DNA of 64,000 bases from Gammaproteobacteria bacterium. GTDB taxonomy: Bacteria > Pseudomonadota > Gammaproteobacteria > SZUA-229. Positions 18,219 through 28,015 of the stretch are shown one piece after another. A model generated the notes under the pieces. That model was not told where the DNA came from. It worked only from the letters and a program-made list of their open reading frames with translations, and searched no databases. The stretch's first letter is position 1; every line of letters begins with the position of its first letter. The DNA lies in contig WFOC01000121.1 of the NCBI GenBank assembly GCA_015488295.1, positions 7,580-71,579 on the forward strand, read 5' to 3'. A program made the position numbers and the translations under genes.

Positions 18219-20318
18219 TTAGGCTGCTGCTACTTTCTGACCACCGACAGCGGCAACAACTTTGATGTTTTTACTGTCAGGTACTTCGTTATATGACAAT
18301 ACATGCAGATTTGGTGCCAAGTTCTTCAGCAGGCGGGCAAGCTGTGTTCTGATGACCGGAGACACCAGTAAAACAGCGGCTTTATTGTCCATTTCCTGCT
18401 GTTTGATACAGACGTTAAGTTCCTGAATCATCTGTTCTGCCAGCCCCGGTTCCATGCCCAGACCCATGTCTGACGCGCTTTGCACGGATTGTTGTAAAAT
18501 CTGTTCGAGTTCTGGGCTGAGGGTGATCACGCCCATTTCCTGATCCATACCATTGATGTGCTGGTAGATCTGGCGGGACATGGCGGCACGGACAGCAGCG
18601 GTAAGAACGTCAGAGTTTTGGCTTTCAGCAGCATGCTCCGCCAAAGTTTCGGCGATGGTGCGCATATCGCGAATCGGCACGCCTTCGGCCAGCAGGTTCT
18701 GCAGAACCTTGACCACAATACCCAGTGGCAGCACTTTCGGTACCAGATCCTCGATCAGTTTTGGTGACTGTTTGGCAACCATATCCAGCAGTTGCTGTAC
18801 TTCTTCATGGCCGATCAGCTCATGAGCATGTTTATTCAGCAGATGGCTTAAATGGGTGGCAACCACGGTGCTGCTGTCGACCACGGTGTAACCCAGGGTT
18901 TGTGCTTCCTCGCGCATGCCAGGGTCAATCCACACCGCTTCCAGGCCGAAGGTCGGATCTTTTGTCTGAATGCCTTTAATGTTGCCGAATACCTGGCCGG
19001 GGTTAATCGCCAGCTCTTTTTCAGGGTAGGCCTCGCCCTCACCTGCCGGCACGCCCATTAATATGATGCGATAGGCGTTGGGAGAAAGGTCGAGATTATC
19101 TCTGATGTGTACCGGTTGAATGAGGAAGCCAAGTTCCTGTGACAGTTTTCTGCGCACGCCTTTAATGCGTGACATCATTTGTCCACCCTGGTTTTTATCG
19201 ACCATTGGAATCAGGCGATAGCCGACTTCCAGACCAACCACATCAACCATCGGGACATCGTCCCAGCTTAAATCTTTATTCTGTGGTTCGATTTCTTCTT
19301 CATTAACTTCTTCGACTTCAATTTGTTCATTGCGCTCATTAATTTTCTGCATGTAATATGCCAGTGCGCCAAAAATAAGGCCCAGGGTTAAAAACACAAG
19401 ATTAGGCATGCCAGGAATCAACCCCAGGCCGCCAACGATAGCGGCAGTGATTGCTACCGGCTTGGGTTTGTTTAATAACTGGCCGATCACCTGATCGCCC
19501 ATGTCTTTCGATGTAGAGTCGCGAGTTACCGCAATAGCGGCAGCGGTGGATAAAATCAGTGAAGGAATCTGAGCCACCAGGCCGTCACCGATGGTTAACA
19601 GGGTGTAGTATTCAGCCGCTTTTGAAAAATCCAGGCCATGTTGCACCATGCCGATGCCCAGGCCGAAAATGATATTGATAAATAAAATCAGAATGCCGGC
19701 AACCGCATCACCACGAATAAATTTACTGGCACCGTCCATTGCCCCGTAAAAATCGGCCGCACCGGAAATTTCCTGTCGTCTGGCACGTGCTTCATCCTGT
19801 GTGATGAGACCGGAGTTAAGATCGGCATCAACCGCCATTTGTTTGCCGGGCATGGCATCCAGTGTAAAGCGTGCGCTTACTTCCGAGATTCGTCCGGCAC
19901 CTTTTGTCACCACCACAAAGTTGATGATGGTAAGCACGGCGAATACCACTAGGCCTACCGCGTAGTTGCCGCCAACAACAAATTCGCCAAAAGACTGAAT
20001 GACGTTACCTGCAGCATTGCCGCCGGTATGACCTTCCAGCAGAACAACACGTGTTGATGCAACGTTGAGCGACAGGCGTAATAATGTGGCGGCCAGCAGA
20101 ATGGTTGGAAAGACCGAAAAATCCAGCGGCCGGACGGTGTAGATAACAACCAGCAAAACCACCAGTGACAGTGCAATATTAAACGTGAAGAACAGGTCCA
20201 GCATGAATGGCGGCATCGGCAAAACCATCATCGCCAGCATTGAAACCAGTAGGAAAGGAATACCCAGTCCATAAAAAGACACGGCAGGTTTCATTGGTAG
20301 AACGGCACTGTTATTCAT
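18219..20318 (-). CDS. flhA: Flagellar export apparatus protein FlhA
   Basis: 699 aa. Characteristic FlhA TM region plus cytoplasmic domain (FHIPEP-family pattern). Confidence 0.95.
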   Translation of the reverse strand: MNNSAVLPMKPAVSFYGLGIPFLLVSMLAMMVLPMPPFMLDLFFTFNIALSLVVLLVVIYTVRPLDFSVFPTILLAATLLRLSLNVASTRVVLLEGHTGGNAAGNVIQSFGEFVVGGNYAVGLVVFAVLTIINFVVVTKGAGRISEVSARFTLDAMPGKQMAVDADLNSGLITQDEARARRQEISGAADFYGAMDGASKFIRGDAVAGILILFINIIFGLGIGMVQHGLDFSKAAEYYTLLTIGDGLVAQIPSLILSTAAAIAVTRDSTSKDMGDQVIGQLLNKPKPVAITAAIVGGLGLIPGMPNLVFLTLGLIFGALAYYMQKINERNEQIEVEEVNEEEIEPQNKDLSWDDVPMVDVVGLEVGYRLIPMVDKNQGGQMMSRIKGVRRKLSQELGFLIQPVHIRDNLDLSPNAYRIILMGVPAGEGEAYPEKELAINPGQVFGNIKGIQTKDPTFGLEAVWIDPGMREEAQTLGYTVVDSSTVVATHLSHLLNKHAHELIGHEEVQQLLDMVAKQSPKLIEDLVPKVLPLGIVVKVLQNLLAEGVPIRDMRTIAETLAEHAAESQNSDVLTAAVRAAMSRQIYQHINGMDQEMGVITLSPELEQILQQSVQSASDMGLGMEPGLAEQMIQELNVCIKQQEMDNKAAVLLVSPVIRTQLARLLKNLAPNLHVLSYNEVPDSKNIKVVAAVGGQKVAAA
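18304..18319 (-). promoter_or_regulatory. Candidate sigma54 promoter inside the 3-prime end of flhA, reading toward flhF
   Basis: Minus-strand reading TGGCACCAAATCTGCA, with the GG and GC dinucleotides correctly spaced. About 160 nt upstream of the flhF ATG. Confidence 0.35.
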
Positions 20319-20342
20319 ATCGTTAATCTCGTGTTTTACTTA

Positions 20343-21488
20343 TTAGTCATCGTTTTTTAATACGTCTTTCAACTCATCCGGTATCGGCAGGTCATCCGGT
20401 TTTTCCGGGGTTACACCGCCGTGTTCGTACACGGTTTTCAGTTGATAGACGTAGGTCAGAATGGTTGCCACCGCAACATACAGACCGGCAGGAATTTCCT
20501 GGTTGATCTCGGTGCTGGCGTACAGCGCACGTGCCAGAGGCGGTGCGGAGACGATAGCGACACCGTTTTGTTCGGCAACGGAGCGAATATTGAAAGCCAC
20601 CAGGTCGGCACCTTTGGCGACGACTACCGGTGCGCCATTGCTGGACTGGTCGTACTTCAGTGCCACAGCATAATGTGTCGGGTTGGTGAGGATAACGTCA
20701 GCAGTTGGCACCTCTTCCATCATGCGGCGCTGTGCGATTTCCTGCTGCAGGGCACGGATGCGGCCTTTCACTTCCGGGCGGCCCTCGGTTTCCTTGCTTT
20801 CGTCTTTAATTTCCTGCTTGGTCATTTTCAGTTGTTTGGTGTGCTGCCAGATCTGGAACGGCACGTCGATCAGTGCCACCAGAATCAGTGCCGAGCTGCA
20901 GGCAAGAAAGGCCCAGCCGCATAAGGTGGCAACATGCAGCAGTGCTGCATCCATCGGCTCGTTGCCCAGACCCAGTAATTCATCAATGACTGACCAGATG
21001 ATGGCGGCAGAAATGGCGCTGACCAGTGCAAATTTCGCCAGAACTTTTGCCAGTTCCATCAGGCCTTTGAGAGAAAAGATGCGTCCCATGCCTTTGATCG
21101 GATCGATTTTTTCAAATTTAAAACTGACTGCTTTCATGCTGAAAGACCAGCCGCCAATGCCCAGCGGGGTCAGCAGAACGATAACGGTAAACAGTAAAAG
21201 CAGTGGCGAGATAATCATTAAACTTTCTAGCAACGCATCACTTAGCATCTTGATGATGCCATCAGAGGTGAGTTCCTGTGCATTTTGTATGGTCAGGCTT
21301 TTTTTGAATGAATCGCGTATACCGCCGAGCACGCTGTCGCCCATAAAGATGAAACCGGCGGCCGAACCCATCAGCAACATCATGGTGTTGAGTTCTTTCG
21401 AACGCGGTACCTGGCCTTTTTCCCGCGTCTCCTTGAGACGCTTGGCGGTGGGTTGTTCACTCTTTTCCTGTCCAGTTTCTTCTGACAT
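20343..21488 (-). CDS. flhB: Flagellar export switch protein FlhB
   Basis: 381 aa. N-terminal EKSEQPT.KRL...R.KGQV.RS.E and the NPTH autocleavage motif (LTNPTHYAVAL). Confidence 0.95.
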   Translation of the reverse strand: MSEETGQEKSEQPTAKRLKETREKGQVPRSKELNTMMLLMGSAAGFIFMGDSVLGGIRDSFKKSLTIQNAQELTSDGIIKMLSDALLESLMIISPLLLLFTVIVLLTPLGIGGWSFSMKAVSFKFEKIDPIKGMGRIFSLKGLMELAKVLAKFALVSAISAAIIWSVIDELLGLGNEPMDAALLHVATLCGWAFLACSSALILVALIDVPFQIWQHTKQLKMTKQEIKDESKETEGRPEVKGRIRALQQEIAQRRMMEEVPTADVILTNPTHYAVALKYDQSSNGAPVVVAKGADLVAFNIRSVAEQNGVAIVSAPPLARALYASTEINQEIPAGLYVAVATILTYVYQLKTVYEHGGVTPEKPDDLPIPDELKDVLKNDD

Positions 21489-21490
21489 GT

Positions 21491-22267
21491 CTACATCGCC
21501 AATATATGTGTCTGGATAAGGTCAACAGCCTGCGTTAACAGATGGCTTAAGTGACCGGTAATAGTCGGCAGCGTAAGAATAAGAAAGGCGATGCCAACCA
21601 TGATCATAATCGGGAAACCGACGGCAAAAATATTCAGCTGTGGTGCTGCACGAGAGGTTATGCCAAAGGCCAGGTTTACCAGCAGTAACGCAGCAACGGC
21701 TGGTAAGGCGACCAGCATGCCGCCGGTGAACATGTCACTGCCCCAGTTCACCAGTTGCCATAAAGCATCCTGTGAAGGAAACGTTGCGCCGATTGGCATG
21801 TTGTGAAAACTTTTTGCCAGCACTTCAATAAAAACAAGATGGCCATTAAGTGCCAGAAAAACCAGCGTTACCATGATGAGAAATGCCTGACTGATGACCG
21901 GCACCTGCACACCATTCTGCGGATCGACGATGGAAGCAAAACCCAGACCCATGGCGGTAGCGACACTCTGCCCGGCAATAACAAAGGCGGAAAAAACCAT
22001 CTGCAGAATAAAGCCCATGGCAACACCGATAATAACTTGCGAGATGCTGATCACCAGCGCTTCACCGCTGATCAGGTCGACAGCGGGTGGTGTCGGGATA
22101 ACCGGCAGCAATAACCATGAAATAAAAAATGCCAGCAGTACGCGGATACGCACCGGCACACTGCGAGCAGAAAAAATTGGTGCGGCAACAAACATCGCAC
22201 TGATGCGCATGAACGGCCACAATAATGAGGATATCCATGAAAGCAGTTCGGCACCGGTAATATTCAC
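21491..22267 (-). CDS. fliR: Flagellar export pore protein FliR
   Basis: The track ORF (to 22492) carries a 75-codon extension overlapping fliQ. A GTG at 22267 gives VNITGAELLSWISSLLWPFMRISAM..., and its GTGA overlaps the fliQ stop. About 258 aa, typical for FliR. Confidence 0.85.
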   Translation of the reverse strand: MNITGAELLSWISSLLWPFMRISAMFVAAPIFSARSVPVRIRVLLAFFISWLLLPVIPTPPAVDLISGEALVISISQVIIGVAMGFILQMVFSAFVIAGQSVATAMGLGFASIVDPQNGVQVPVISQAFLIMVTLVFLALNGHLVFIEVLAKSFHNMPIGATFPSQDALWQLVNWGSDMFTGGMLVALPAVAALLLVNLAFGITSRAAPQLNIFAVGFPIMIMVGIAFLILTLPTITGHLSHLLTQAVDLIQTHILAM

Positions 22268-22533
22268 CCGATCAACTCCGGGATACTCTGTATCAGAACG
22301 GTGCTGAAATCGACGATCAGGTTTAGCATCCATGAGCCGGCGATGAGCAGGGTCAGCGCCAGTACGATCAGTTTTGGAATGAAGGTTAATGTCATCTCCT
22401 GAATCTGTGTTGCTGCCTGAATCATGCCAACCAGCAGGCCGACAGCAAGCGCGGATAACAAAAGCGGTGCTGAAAGCAATGCGATAACCCATAACGCTTC
22501 GCGGCCAACATCAAGTACTACTTCAGGTGTCAT
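22264..22533 (-). CDS. fliQ: Flagellar export pore protein FliQ
   Basis: 89 aa, two TM helices, synteny fliP-fliQ-fliR. Confidence 0.9.
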   Translation of the reverse strand: MTPEVVLDVGREALWVIALLSAPLLLSALAVGLLVGMIQAATQIQEMTLTFIPKLIVLALTLLIAGSWMLNLIVDFSTVLIQSIPELIG

Positions 22534-22552
22534 TATTTATCTCCCTCTTCCA

Positions 22553-23293
22553 TCAGACATAAAAACTTGATGCCAGCGTGCCCATAATCAGTGACCAGCC
22601 ATCGATCAAAACAAACAGCATTAATTTGAATGGCAGTGAGATGATCATCGGTGACAACATCATCATACCCATGGACATCAACACGCTGGCGACCACGATA
22701 TCGATAATAAGAAAAGGAATGAAAATCAGAAAACCGATCTGGAATGCTGTTTTTAATTCACTGGTAACGAACGATGGCAACAGCAATGAAAAAGGCACGC
22801 GTTTGTTCGGATCAAGTTTTCCCCGGCCGGAGATTTCAGCGAACATTGCCAGATCGGATTCACGTGTCTGGTTCAGCATGAAGTCATAAAAAGGCTCTGA
22901 TGCTTTTTCGAACGCGACTTCAGAACTCATCTGTTCATCAAGATAAGGTTTAACGCCGTTGTTGTAGGCTGTTTCAAAAATTGGTGCCATGATGAAAAAA
23001 GTTAAAAACAGTGCCAGGCCAAGAAGAATCTGGTTTGAAGGTGTTTGTGCGGTGCCTAGTGCCTGTCGCAAAATAGAAAGCACGATGATGATGCGGGTGA
23101 ATGATGTGGTCATGATCAGTGCTGCGGGCAGCAGGCTGAGCACGGTCATCATTGCCAGAATCTGAATGGTAACGGTGTAGGTCTCGCCACCATTGGCTGT
23201 CGGGGTAACCGTTAATGCAGTCAGTCCGGGGGCGGCCCACACACTGCCAGCGGGTAAAAGGACGAAGGCTAAAGTAAAAAAAAGTTTAAGCAT
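22553..23293 (-). CDS. fliP: Flagellar export pore protein FliP
   Basis: 246 aa. Conserved [18 protein letters not shown] and [29 protein letters not shown]. Confidence 0.95.
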   Translation of the reverse strand: MLKLFFTLAFVLLPAGSVWAAPGLTALTVTPTANGGETYTVTIQILAMMTVLSLLPAALIMTTSFTRIIIVLSILRQALGTAQTPSNQILLGLALFLTFFIMAPIFETAYNNGVKPYLDEQMSSEVAFEKASEPFYDFMLNQTRESDLAMFAEISGRGKLDPNKRVPFSLLLPSFVTSELKTAFQIGFLIFIPFLIIDIVVASVLMSMGMMMLSPMIISLPFKLMLFVLIDGWSLIMGTLASSFYV

Positions 23294-23298
23294 GATGA

Positions 23299-23805
23299 TT
23301 ATTTCTTTAGCGATGTGTTGCTTGCGTCAGCCATTGCGCTTTTAAACTTGTCCAAAAAGCCGGTGCTGGTTGTCCTGTCTGTGGTATTTTCCATGTTGTT
23401 AGCAGATGGCTGGTTTGTCATTTCTATCGGTGTGTCTAGCACATGGAGTGTGTTGATTCGGCCAGGAGAAATACCGATCAGTAACTGTTTGTCGCCAACC
23501 TGTAACAGTGCAACTCTTTCACGTGAGCCCATGCTCAGGCCGCCAAGCACTTTCAGTGAGCCGTCTGCCATGGAATTAAAGTGTTTCATTTTTTTCGCAA
23601 ACCATGCCAGCACGATGATGCAGAACAGCACGATAAACAAACCAATGACCAGTTGCATCAGATAGCCACCACTCATCGGGTCGGCATTTAATGTGCCTGT
23701 TGCTTTTACAGCGGCTGCGGTTTTTTCTTCTTCAGAAAAAGCCTGTGCAGGAAGCATGAATAAAAATGTGCTCAGAGTAGCGCTTATGTGTTTGTCGAAT
23801 TTCAT
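23299..23805 (-). CDS. fliO: Flagellar protein FliO
   Basis: 168 aa, single TM, central [40 protein letters not shown]. Position between fliN and fliP. Confidence 0.8.
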   Translation of the reverse strand: MKFDKHISATLSTFLFMLPAQAFSEEEKTAAAVKATGTLNADPMSGGYLMQLVIGLFIVLFCIIVLAWFAKKMKHFNSMADGSLKVLGGLSMGSRERVALLQVGDKQLLIGISPGRINTLHVLDTPIEMTNQPSANNMENTTDRTTSTGFLDKFKSAMADASNTSLKK

Positions 23806-23820
23806 ATTTTGATCAGTGAT

Positions 23821-24279
23821 CTATCTTAGTTTTTTAACGCGTTCAGCCGGGCTGATAACATCAGTCAGGCGGATGCCGAACTTCTCATTGATGACAACAA
23901 CTTCGCCGTGAGCAATTAAGGTGCCGTTGATTAATACATCCATTGGTTCACCGGCCAGTCGATCAAGCTCAACGACTGAACCCTGGTTGAGTTGCAGCAA
24001 ACTGCTAATCGGTAATTCGGTGCGGCCTATTTCCATCGACAGGGTTACCGGAATATCCAGGATGACATCCAGATTGGTTTCAATGCTGGAGGCCAGCTGG
24101 TTGCCGTTATCGTTCAGATCCTTGAATGCTGCTCGTTCATAATCTGCGTCCGCCTGCTCCTGTGCGGCGGCCTTGTCGGCCTGGGTGCCTACATCGCTGG
24201 AGCTCTGCTCTTCCATGGCTGCGCCCCAGTCATCAGCGGCCGGTTCGTTGTTTGGTGTTTCTGATATTTCTTCGCTCAT
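23821..24279 (-). CDS. fliN: Flagellar motor switch protein FliN
   Basis: 152 aa. C-terminal SpoA domain ILDIPVTLSMEIGRTELPISSLLQLNQGSVVELD. Confidence 0.95.
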   Translation of the reverse strand: MSEEISETPNNEPAADDWGAAMEEQSSSDVGTQADKAAAQEQADADYERAAFKDLNDNGNQLASSIETNLDVILDIPVTLSMEIGRTELPISSLLQLNQGSVVELDRLAGEPMDVLINGTLIAHGEVVVINEKFGIRLTDVISPAERVKKLR

Positions 24280-24297
24280 TATTTAAATCCTCGTAAA

Positions 24298-25281
24298 TTA
24301 ATCATTTGAATATTCAGGTCGAGCGATTGCTTCGACGAACTGTATAGCGTTTTTGCCGTTTGAATTTCCAAGTGTGCCTCTGAAAATAGGAACCTGAGCT
24401 GCCCGCACTGTGACCATGTCAGGAAGGTCGATGGGAATAACATCCCCATCGTTAAGATTCAGCACTTCGCCCAGGCTGAGTTTTGTGTGTCCCATCGAAC
24501 AGTCGATCTCGACACTGGCCTGTTTCATTTCTTCTTTCAGTGTATTGATCCAGCGGTGGTCGATATTGACCTGGTCACTTTGCATGCCGGTATCGAGAAG
24601 TTCGCGGATTGGCTCCAGCATGGAATAAGGCATGACGATATGAAACTCGCCGCCGCCACCTTCCAGCTCCATTTTGAAGGTTGATACCACAACGACTTCG
24701 GTGGGACTGACGATGTTGGCAAACTGTGGGTTGATCTCGGTGCTCTGGAATTCAAAATTTAAATCCATGACCGGCTGCCAGGCTTTTTTCAGATCGCTGA
24801 ATAGCAGGTCAAGTAATATCTGCACCACGCGATTTTCAGTCGGGGTGAATTCACGACCTTCGATACGCGTGTGGTAGCGGCCGTCCCCGCCAAAGAAATT
24901 ATCCACGGTGGCAAATACCAGGTTTGGATCGATCACGCACAGGCCGGTGCCACGCAGCGGGTTGATGTGAATCAGGTTCAAGCTGGTGGGCATGAAAAGA
25001 CCACGCACATATTCCGAGAACTTGACCATTTTGACACCGCTGGTTGTGATCTCGGTAGTGCGACGCAACATGTTGAACATGCTGATGCGTATTGAGCGGA
25101 TGAAGCGCTCGTTGATCATGTCCAGGGTTGGCATGCGGCCACGAATAATACGATCCTGACTTCCCAGGTCATACGATTCAGCATCACCTGTGTCCATGAT
25201 GTCTGACGATGTTTCAACGTCGCCGCTGTCGACACCGTTTAGTAGTGTGTCGATTTCGTCCTGTGACAAATGTTCGTTCAC
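24298..25281 (-). CDS. fliM: Flagellar motor switch protein FliM
   Basis: 327 aa. N-terminal CheY-P binding LSQDEIDTLL, with middle and C-terminal SpoA-like domains. Confidence 0.95.
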   Translation of the reverse strand: MNEHLSQDEIDTLLNGVDSGDVETSSDIMDTGDAESYDLGSQDRIIRGRMPTLDMINERFIRSIRISMFNMLRRTTEITTSGVKMVKFSEYVRGLFMPTSLNLIHINPLRGTGLCVIDPNLVFATVDNFFGGDGRYHTRIEGREFTPTENRVVQILLDLLFSDLKKAWQPVMDLNFEFQSTEINPQFANIVSPTEVVVVSTFKMELEGGGGEFHIVMPYSMLEPIRELLDTGMQSDQVNIDHRWINTLKEEMKQASVEIDCSMGHTKLSLGEVLNLNDGDVIPIDLPDMVTVRAAQVPIFRGTLGNSNGKNAIQFVEAIARPEYSND

Positions 25282-25292
25282 GTTTAAAGCCT

Positions 25293-25895
25293 CTACTGAA
25301 TAACAAAAGAAGTGAAGTAAGCCGCTTCGATGGCTGTTGCCATATCGGAGCTGCCGGTGACGGTTTGCAGTGTTTTATTGATGTCTGCTGCCGTATCTTT
25401 CAGTAATTTTTCCTTGCCTTCGCGGGTTACCATTTCGTCATAACCCTGGGTGCCAAAAAGCATGAGCAAACTGCTGCGAATGACGGGATTATGTTCTTCA
25501 ACTTTTTGGATAACTTCGGCATCACGCGACATGATCTCCAGAGAGAACTGCATAAAGCGTGCATATTTCTGGTTGCTGAAACTGACAACAAATTTGGGGT
25601 CCATTGAAAAATAGTGTGGTGTTTCCAGAACCTTGTTTTCTGCGGCCTCTTCTTTATCAAGCTCTCCCCCTTCTTCACCTTCTGCGGTTTTGCTGGCACC
25701 GTCTTTGCTGTTTGAAGCCTGTGTCTGGTTCATGTTGGAGACGAAGTAAAAAGTGCCGCCGACCAGACCGCCGCCCAGCAGCAGTGTCAGTGTTACAACG
25801 ATGATGATGATTTTTACTGTTGATAAGCCGCCCTTTTTTGATGCTTCTTCTTTGCCTTTTTCTTCTGTATCTACTTCTGCGTCTTTCTTGGCCAC
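25293..25895 (-). CDS. fliL: Flagellar basal-body-associated protein FliL
   Basis: The FliL pattern is a single TM (IIIIVVTLTLLLGGGLVGGTFYF) followed by the periplasmic domain. I place the start at the GTG at 25895, with GGGTGA 7 nt upstream. The track's TTG start at 25961 lies inside the sigma54 promoter. Confidence 0.8.
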   Translation of the reverse strand: MAKKDAEVDTEEKGKEEASKKGGLSTVKIIIIVVTLTLLLGGGLVGGTFYFVSNMNQTQASNSKDGASKTAEGEEGGELDKEEAAENKVLETPHYFSMDPKFVVSFSNQKYARFMQFSLEIMSRDAEVIQKVEEHNPVIRSSLLMLFGTQGYDEMVTREGKEKLLKDTAADINKTLQTVTGSSDMATAIEAAYFTSFVIQ

Positions 25896-25944
25896 GATTT
25901 TTTCACCCTTAATGCTGTTAATATCTTTGTCTGTGAAAGATAAA

Positions 25945-25960
25945 AGCAAATGTCGTGCCA
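25945..25960 (-). promoter_or_regulatory. Sigma54 promoter of the fliL-fliR-flhB operon
   Basis: Minus-strand reading TGGCACGACATTTGCT. Confidence 0.6.
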
Positions 25961-26090
25961 ATCATTTATTTGCGATAAATTACTATGAAATACAGTGTGT
26001 TACATGATGTTTTTATGGGGCGATGGGAATTTGACAGACGATTTGAAAGCGGTGTCAGAAATTTGTCCTGTGACTAAAGTCAGGGAAATT

Positions 26091-26186
26091 GGCAGTTAGC
26101 AGCCGGCAGTTATCAGTTAAAAATAAAAGAACTACATGGTTGGTTATGTAAGTGATGCAGTTAGATTTTTACTGAGAACTGCCAAC
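26091..26186. repeat. Cluster of four GGCAGTT(A)-like short repeats in the fliK-fliL intergenic region
   Basis: ttGGCAGTTAgc (26091), ccGGCAGTTAtc (26105), atGCAGTTAga (26158), and inverted gAACTGCCaac (26177). Confidence 0.3.
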
Positions 26187-26196
26187 TTTTTTATCG

Positions 26197-27441
26197 CTAA
26201 ATATAATAATCGACCATGCTTGTCGATATGGCTGCCTGCTTCATGGCCTGCTGGCTGCCGTCAGCATTCACGGCCTGCTCGATGCTGCTGACAGAGGCGG
26301 CATTATTTTTACCGTCGGCATTCTGCTCGCGCTGTTCGGCAAAGGCGTGTTCTGAAATATCGGCATCGGCCAGTGAAAAGCCGTTTTGCTCCAGCATTTC
26401 ACGCAATCTTGGCAAGGCCTGTTCCATGGCATCACGAACCACGGCGTGGCGACTGCTCATGGAGACACTCACCTGTTCTTCACTCATGTCGATGAGTACT
26501 TCAATTGGCCCCAGGTGCGCCGGGTTCAGGCGTATTTCGGCGCTGCTGATATTCTGATTGACCATCATTAATATCTGCTTTCCCATTGCCTGTGACCAGC
26601 CCGGTCGGCCAAAAGCTTCGGCAATTCCCGGCGGTGCGGCAGCAGCCTGTAAATTCATGCTTGAAAAGCTGTTTGTGGCGGTATTTGTTATCAGCGGCAG
26701 TGCATCATCACCTGCCTCTGCTTGCGCTGAAGCGGCCTGCAGTAACAATGATGTCTGAATATTTTGCAGCGCTTGCTGTTGTGTGCCGGTGTTGATCAGG
26801 GTCTGGAATTTGTCCGCCGTTAATGTGAGGGATTCGGTTTTTACCGGTATTGTCTCGGCTTTTAAGTCCAGCGTTTTTTCTGTGCTGCCATCAAGGCCTG
26901 CTGTTGCACCGGTGCTGCGGGTAAGGGATGCTTTTTTTCTGTCAGCAGCGGTTTCGCCGTTTACTAGAGATTTCAGCTGTGAGGCGGTTTCACCGGACTT
27001 TACGGAAGCGTCTGTGGTATTAGCGGCAGCCAGTATGGTTGATGCCAGTTTAAGGTCGTTTTCGGCATCGCTGTCGATAGCATTTTCTATATCAGCATCT
27101 GTGGCGGCGGTGTTTTTTGTGTTTAATTCACCGCTCAGGTACAAACCACCCGGCACTAGCGGGCGGTCATCATCTGCCGCTAATTTGGGAAAATCGTCTT
27201 CATCCGGCAAGTTGTTGCCGCTGATTTCGTTATCACCGGTTTCTGAATTTTCTGCTTCAGCGTTGTTTTTTGAGTCGTCATAGGCCTTTCGTATGGAGTC
27301 ATGAAATGAGCGGGCGCTGGCTTCCAGTTCACCTGCCTCGCTACTGTTTGCCGTATTCTGCTCCGTTTTTTTTGTGGATGAGATAATGGCATCGCTGGTT
27401 TTTTGCGGATTGCTGCTGGCTATATTTATTGAATTATTCAT
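26197..27441 (-). CDS. fliK: Flagellar hook-length control protein FliK
   Basis: 414 aa. Low-complexity N-terminal part and a conserved C-terminal hook-length domain (RLNPAHLGPIEVLIDMSEEQVSVSMSSRHAVVRDAMEQALPRLREML). Confidence 0.85.
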   Translation of the reverse strand: MNNSINIASSNPQKTSDAIISSTKKTEQNTANSSEAGELEASARSFHDSIRKAYDDSKNNAEAENSETGDNEISGNNLPDEDDFPKLAADDDRPLVPGGLYLSGELNTKNTAATDADIENAIDSDAENDLKLASTILAAANTTDASVKSGETASQLKSLVNGETAADRKKASLTRSTGATAGLDGSTEKTLDLKAETIPVKTESLTLTADKFQTLINTGTQQQALQNIQTSLLLQAASAQAEAGDDALPLITNTATNSFSSMNLQAAAAPPGIAEAFGRPGWSQAMGKQILMMVNQNISSAEIRLNPAHLGPIEVLIDMSEEQVSVSMSSRHAVVRDAMEQALPRLREMLEQNGFSLADADISEHAFAEQREQNADGKNNAASVSSIEQAVNADGSQQAMKQAAISTSMVDYYI

Positions 27442-27481
27442 ATTTATTTATCATCACGTAACGGTATATAGTTATTCCTGG

Positions 27482-27497
27482 AGCAAACTACGTGCCA
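27482..27497 (-). promoter_or_regulatory. Sigma54 promoter of fliK
   Basis: Minus-strand reading TGGCACGTAGTTTGCT in the 74-bp fliJ-fliK gap. Confidence 0.6.
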
Positions 27498-27515
27498 GTT
27501 TTATCGGTGTTCTGG

Positions 27516-27953
27516 TCACAGGTTGCTAAAGGCTTTGTGTGGCATGTTTTCCAGTTCTGTCTGTTCGCGTTTTTCCATTTCCTGATGTTCAATTTTCTGC
27601 CGGCTTTCGATGACTTTATCGATCATCTTGCTTTTGCTGCGTTTCTGCATCCATTCTTTCTGACTGGTTTCGCACCGGATCTGGCCATGATTGACCTGTA
27701 ACTTCTGCTGCGCGATAGCCTCATCAAGACGGTTAATGAAAATTTTGTATTCCTGCATCTGTACCACTGATAATCCGGCTTCACTGGCGGCCAGGAAAGC
27801 TTTTGAATAGTGGTCGCGATAATTAATTAATTCATCAAGTTGTTTCTGCTGCTGTTCGGCCTGACGAATGGTTTCACCATGCAGGCGGCCTGCGCTGCGT
27901 TCCTGCTGTTTATTTATTTTTGCAATGGGTTGTAATTTAGTGGATCTGTTCAT
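27516..27953 (-). CDS. fliJ: FliJ-family flagellar export chaperone/stalk protein (copy 2)
   Basis: 145 aa coiled coil at the position after fliI. The pattern ...GLSVVQMQEYKIFINRLDEAIAQQKLQV...W..K... is typical of FliJ. Confidence 0.75.
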   Translation of the reverse strand: MNRSTKLQPIAKINKQQERSAGRLHGETIRQAEQQQKQLDELINYRDHYSKAFLAASEAGLSVVQMQEYKIFINRLDEAIAQQKLQVNHGQIRCETSQKEWMQKRSKSKMIDKVIESRQKIEHQEMEKREQTELENMPHKAFSNL

Positions 27954-28015
27954 CTTTTAATTCCTGATTACGACACATGTTTTTTTATTAGTAATGTTTT
28001 TTCCCATTTTTGAAA

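Noticed and set aside
20683-21519. Long plus-strand ORFs from the track: 278 aa here, plus 30741..31508 (255 aa), 8964..9644 (226 aa), 705..1349 (214 aa), 13034..13528, 26783..27283 and many smaller ones.
   Set aside because: All lie antisense to strongly supported minus-strand flagellar or chemotaxis genes. They have low-complexity Ser/Ala/Cys-rich composition and no motifs. They are typical shadow ORFs.
22268-22492. A 75-codon N-terminal extension of the fliR ORF.
   Set aside because: It overlaps all of fliQ in another frame and has non-membrane, Arg/Asp-rich composition. The GTG at 22267 gives a normal-length FliR with a GTGA coupling overlap.
25896-25961. A longer fliL start (TTG at 25961).
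   Set aside because: That start codon lies inside the sigma54 -24 element. The transcript predicted from that promoter begins downstream of it.
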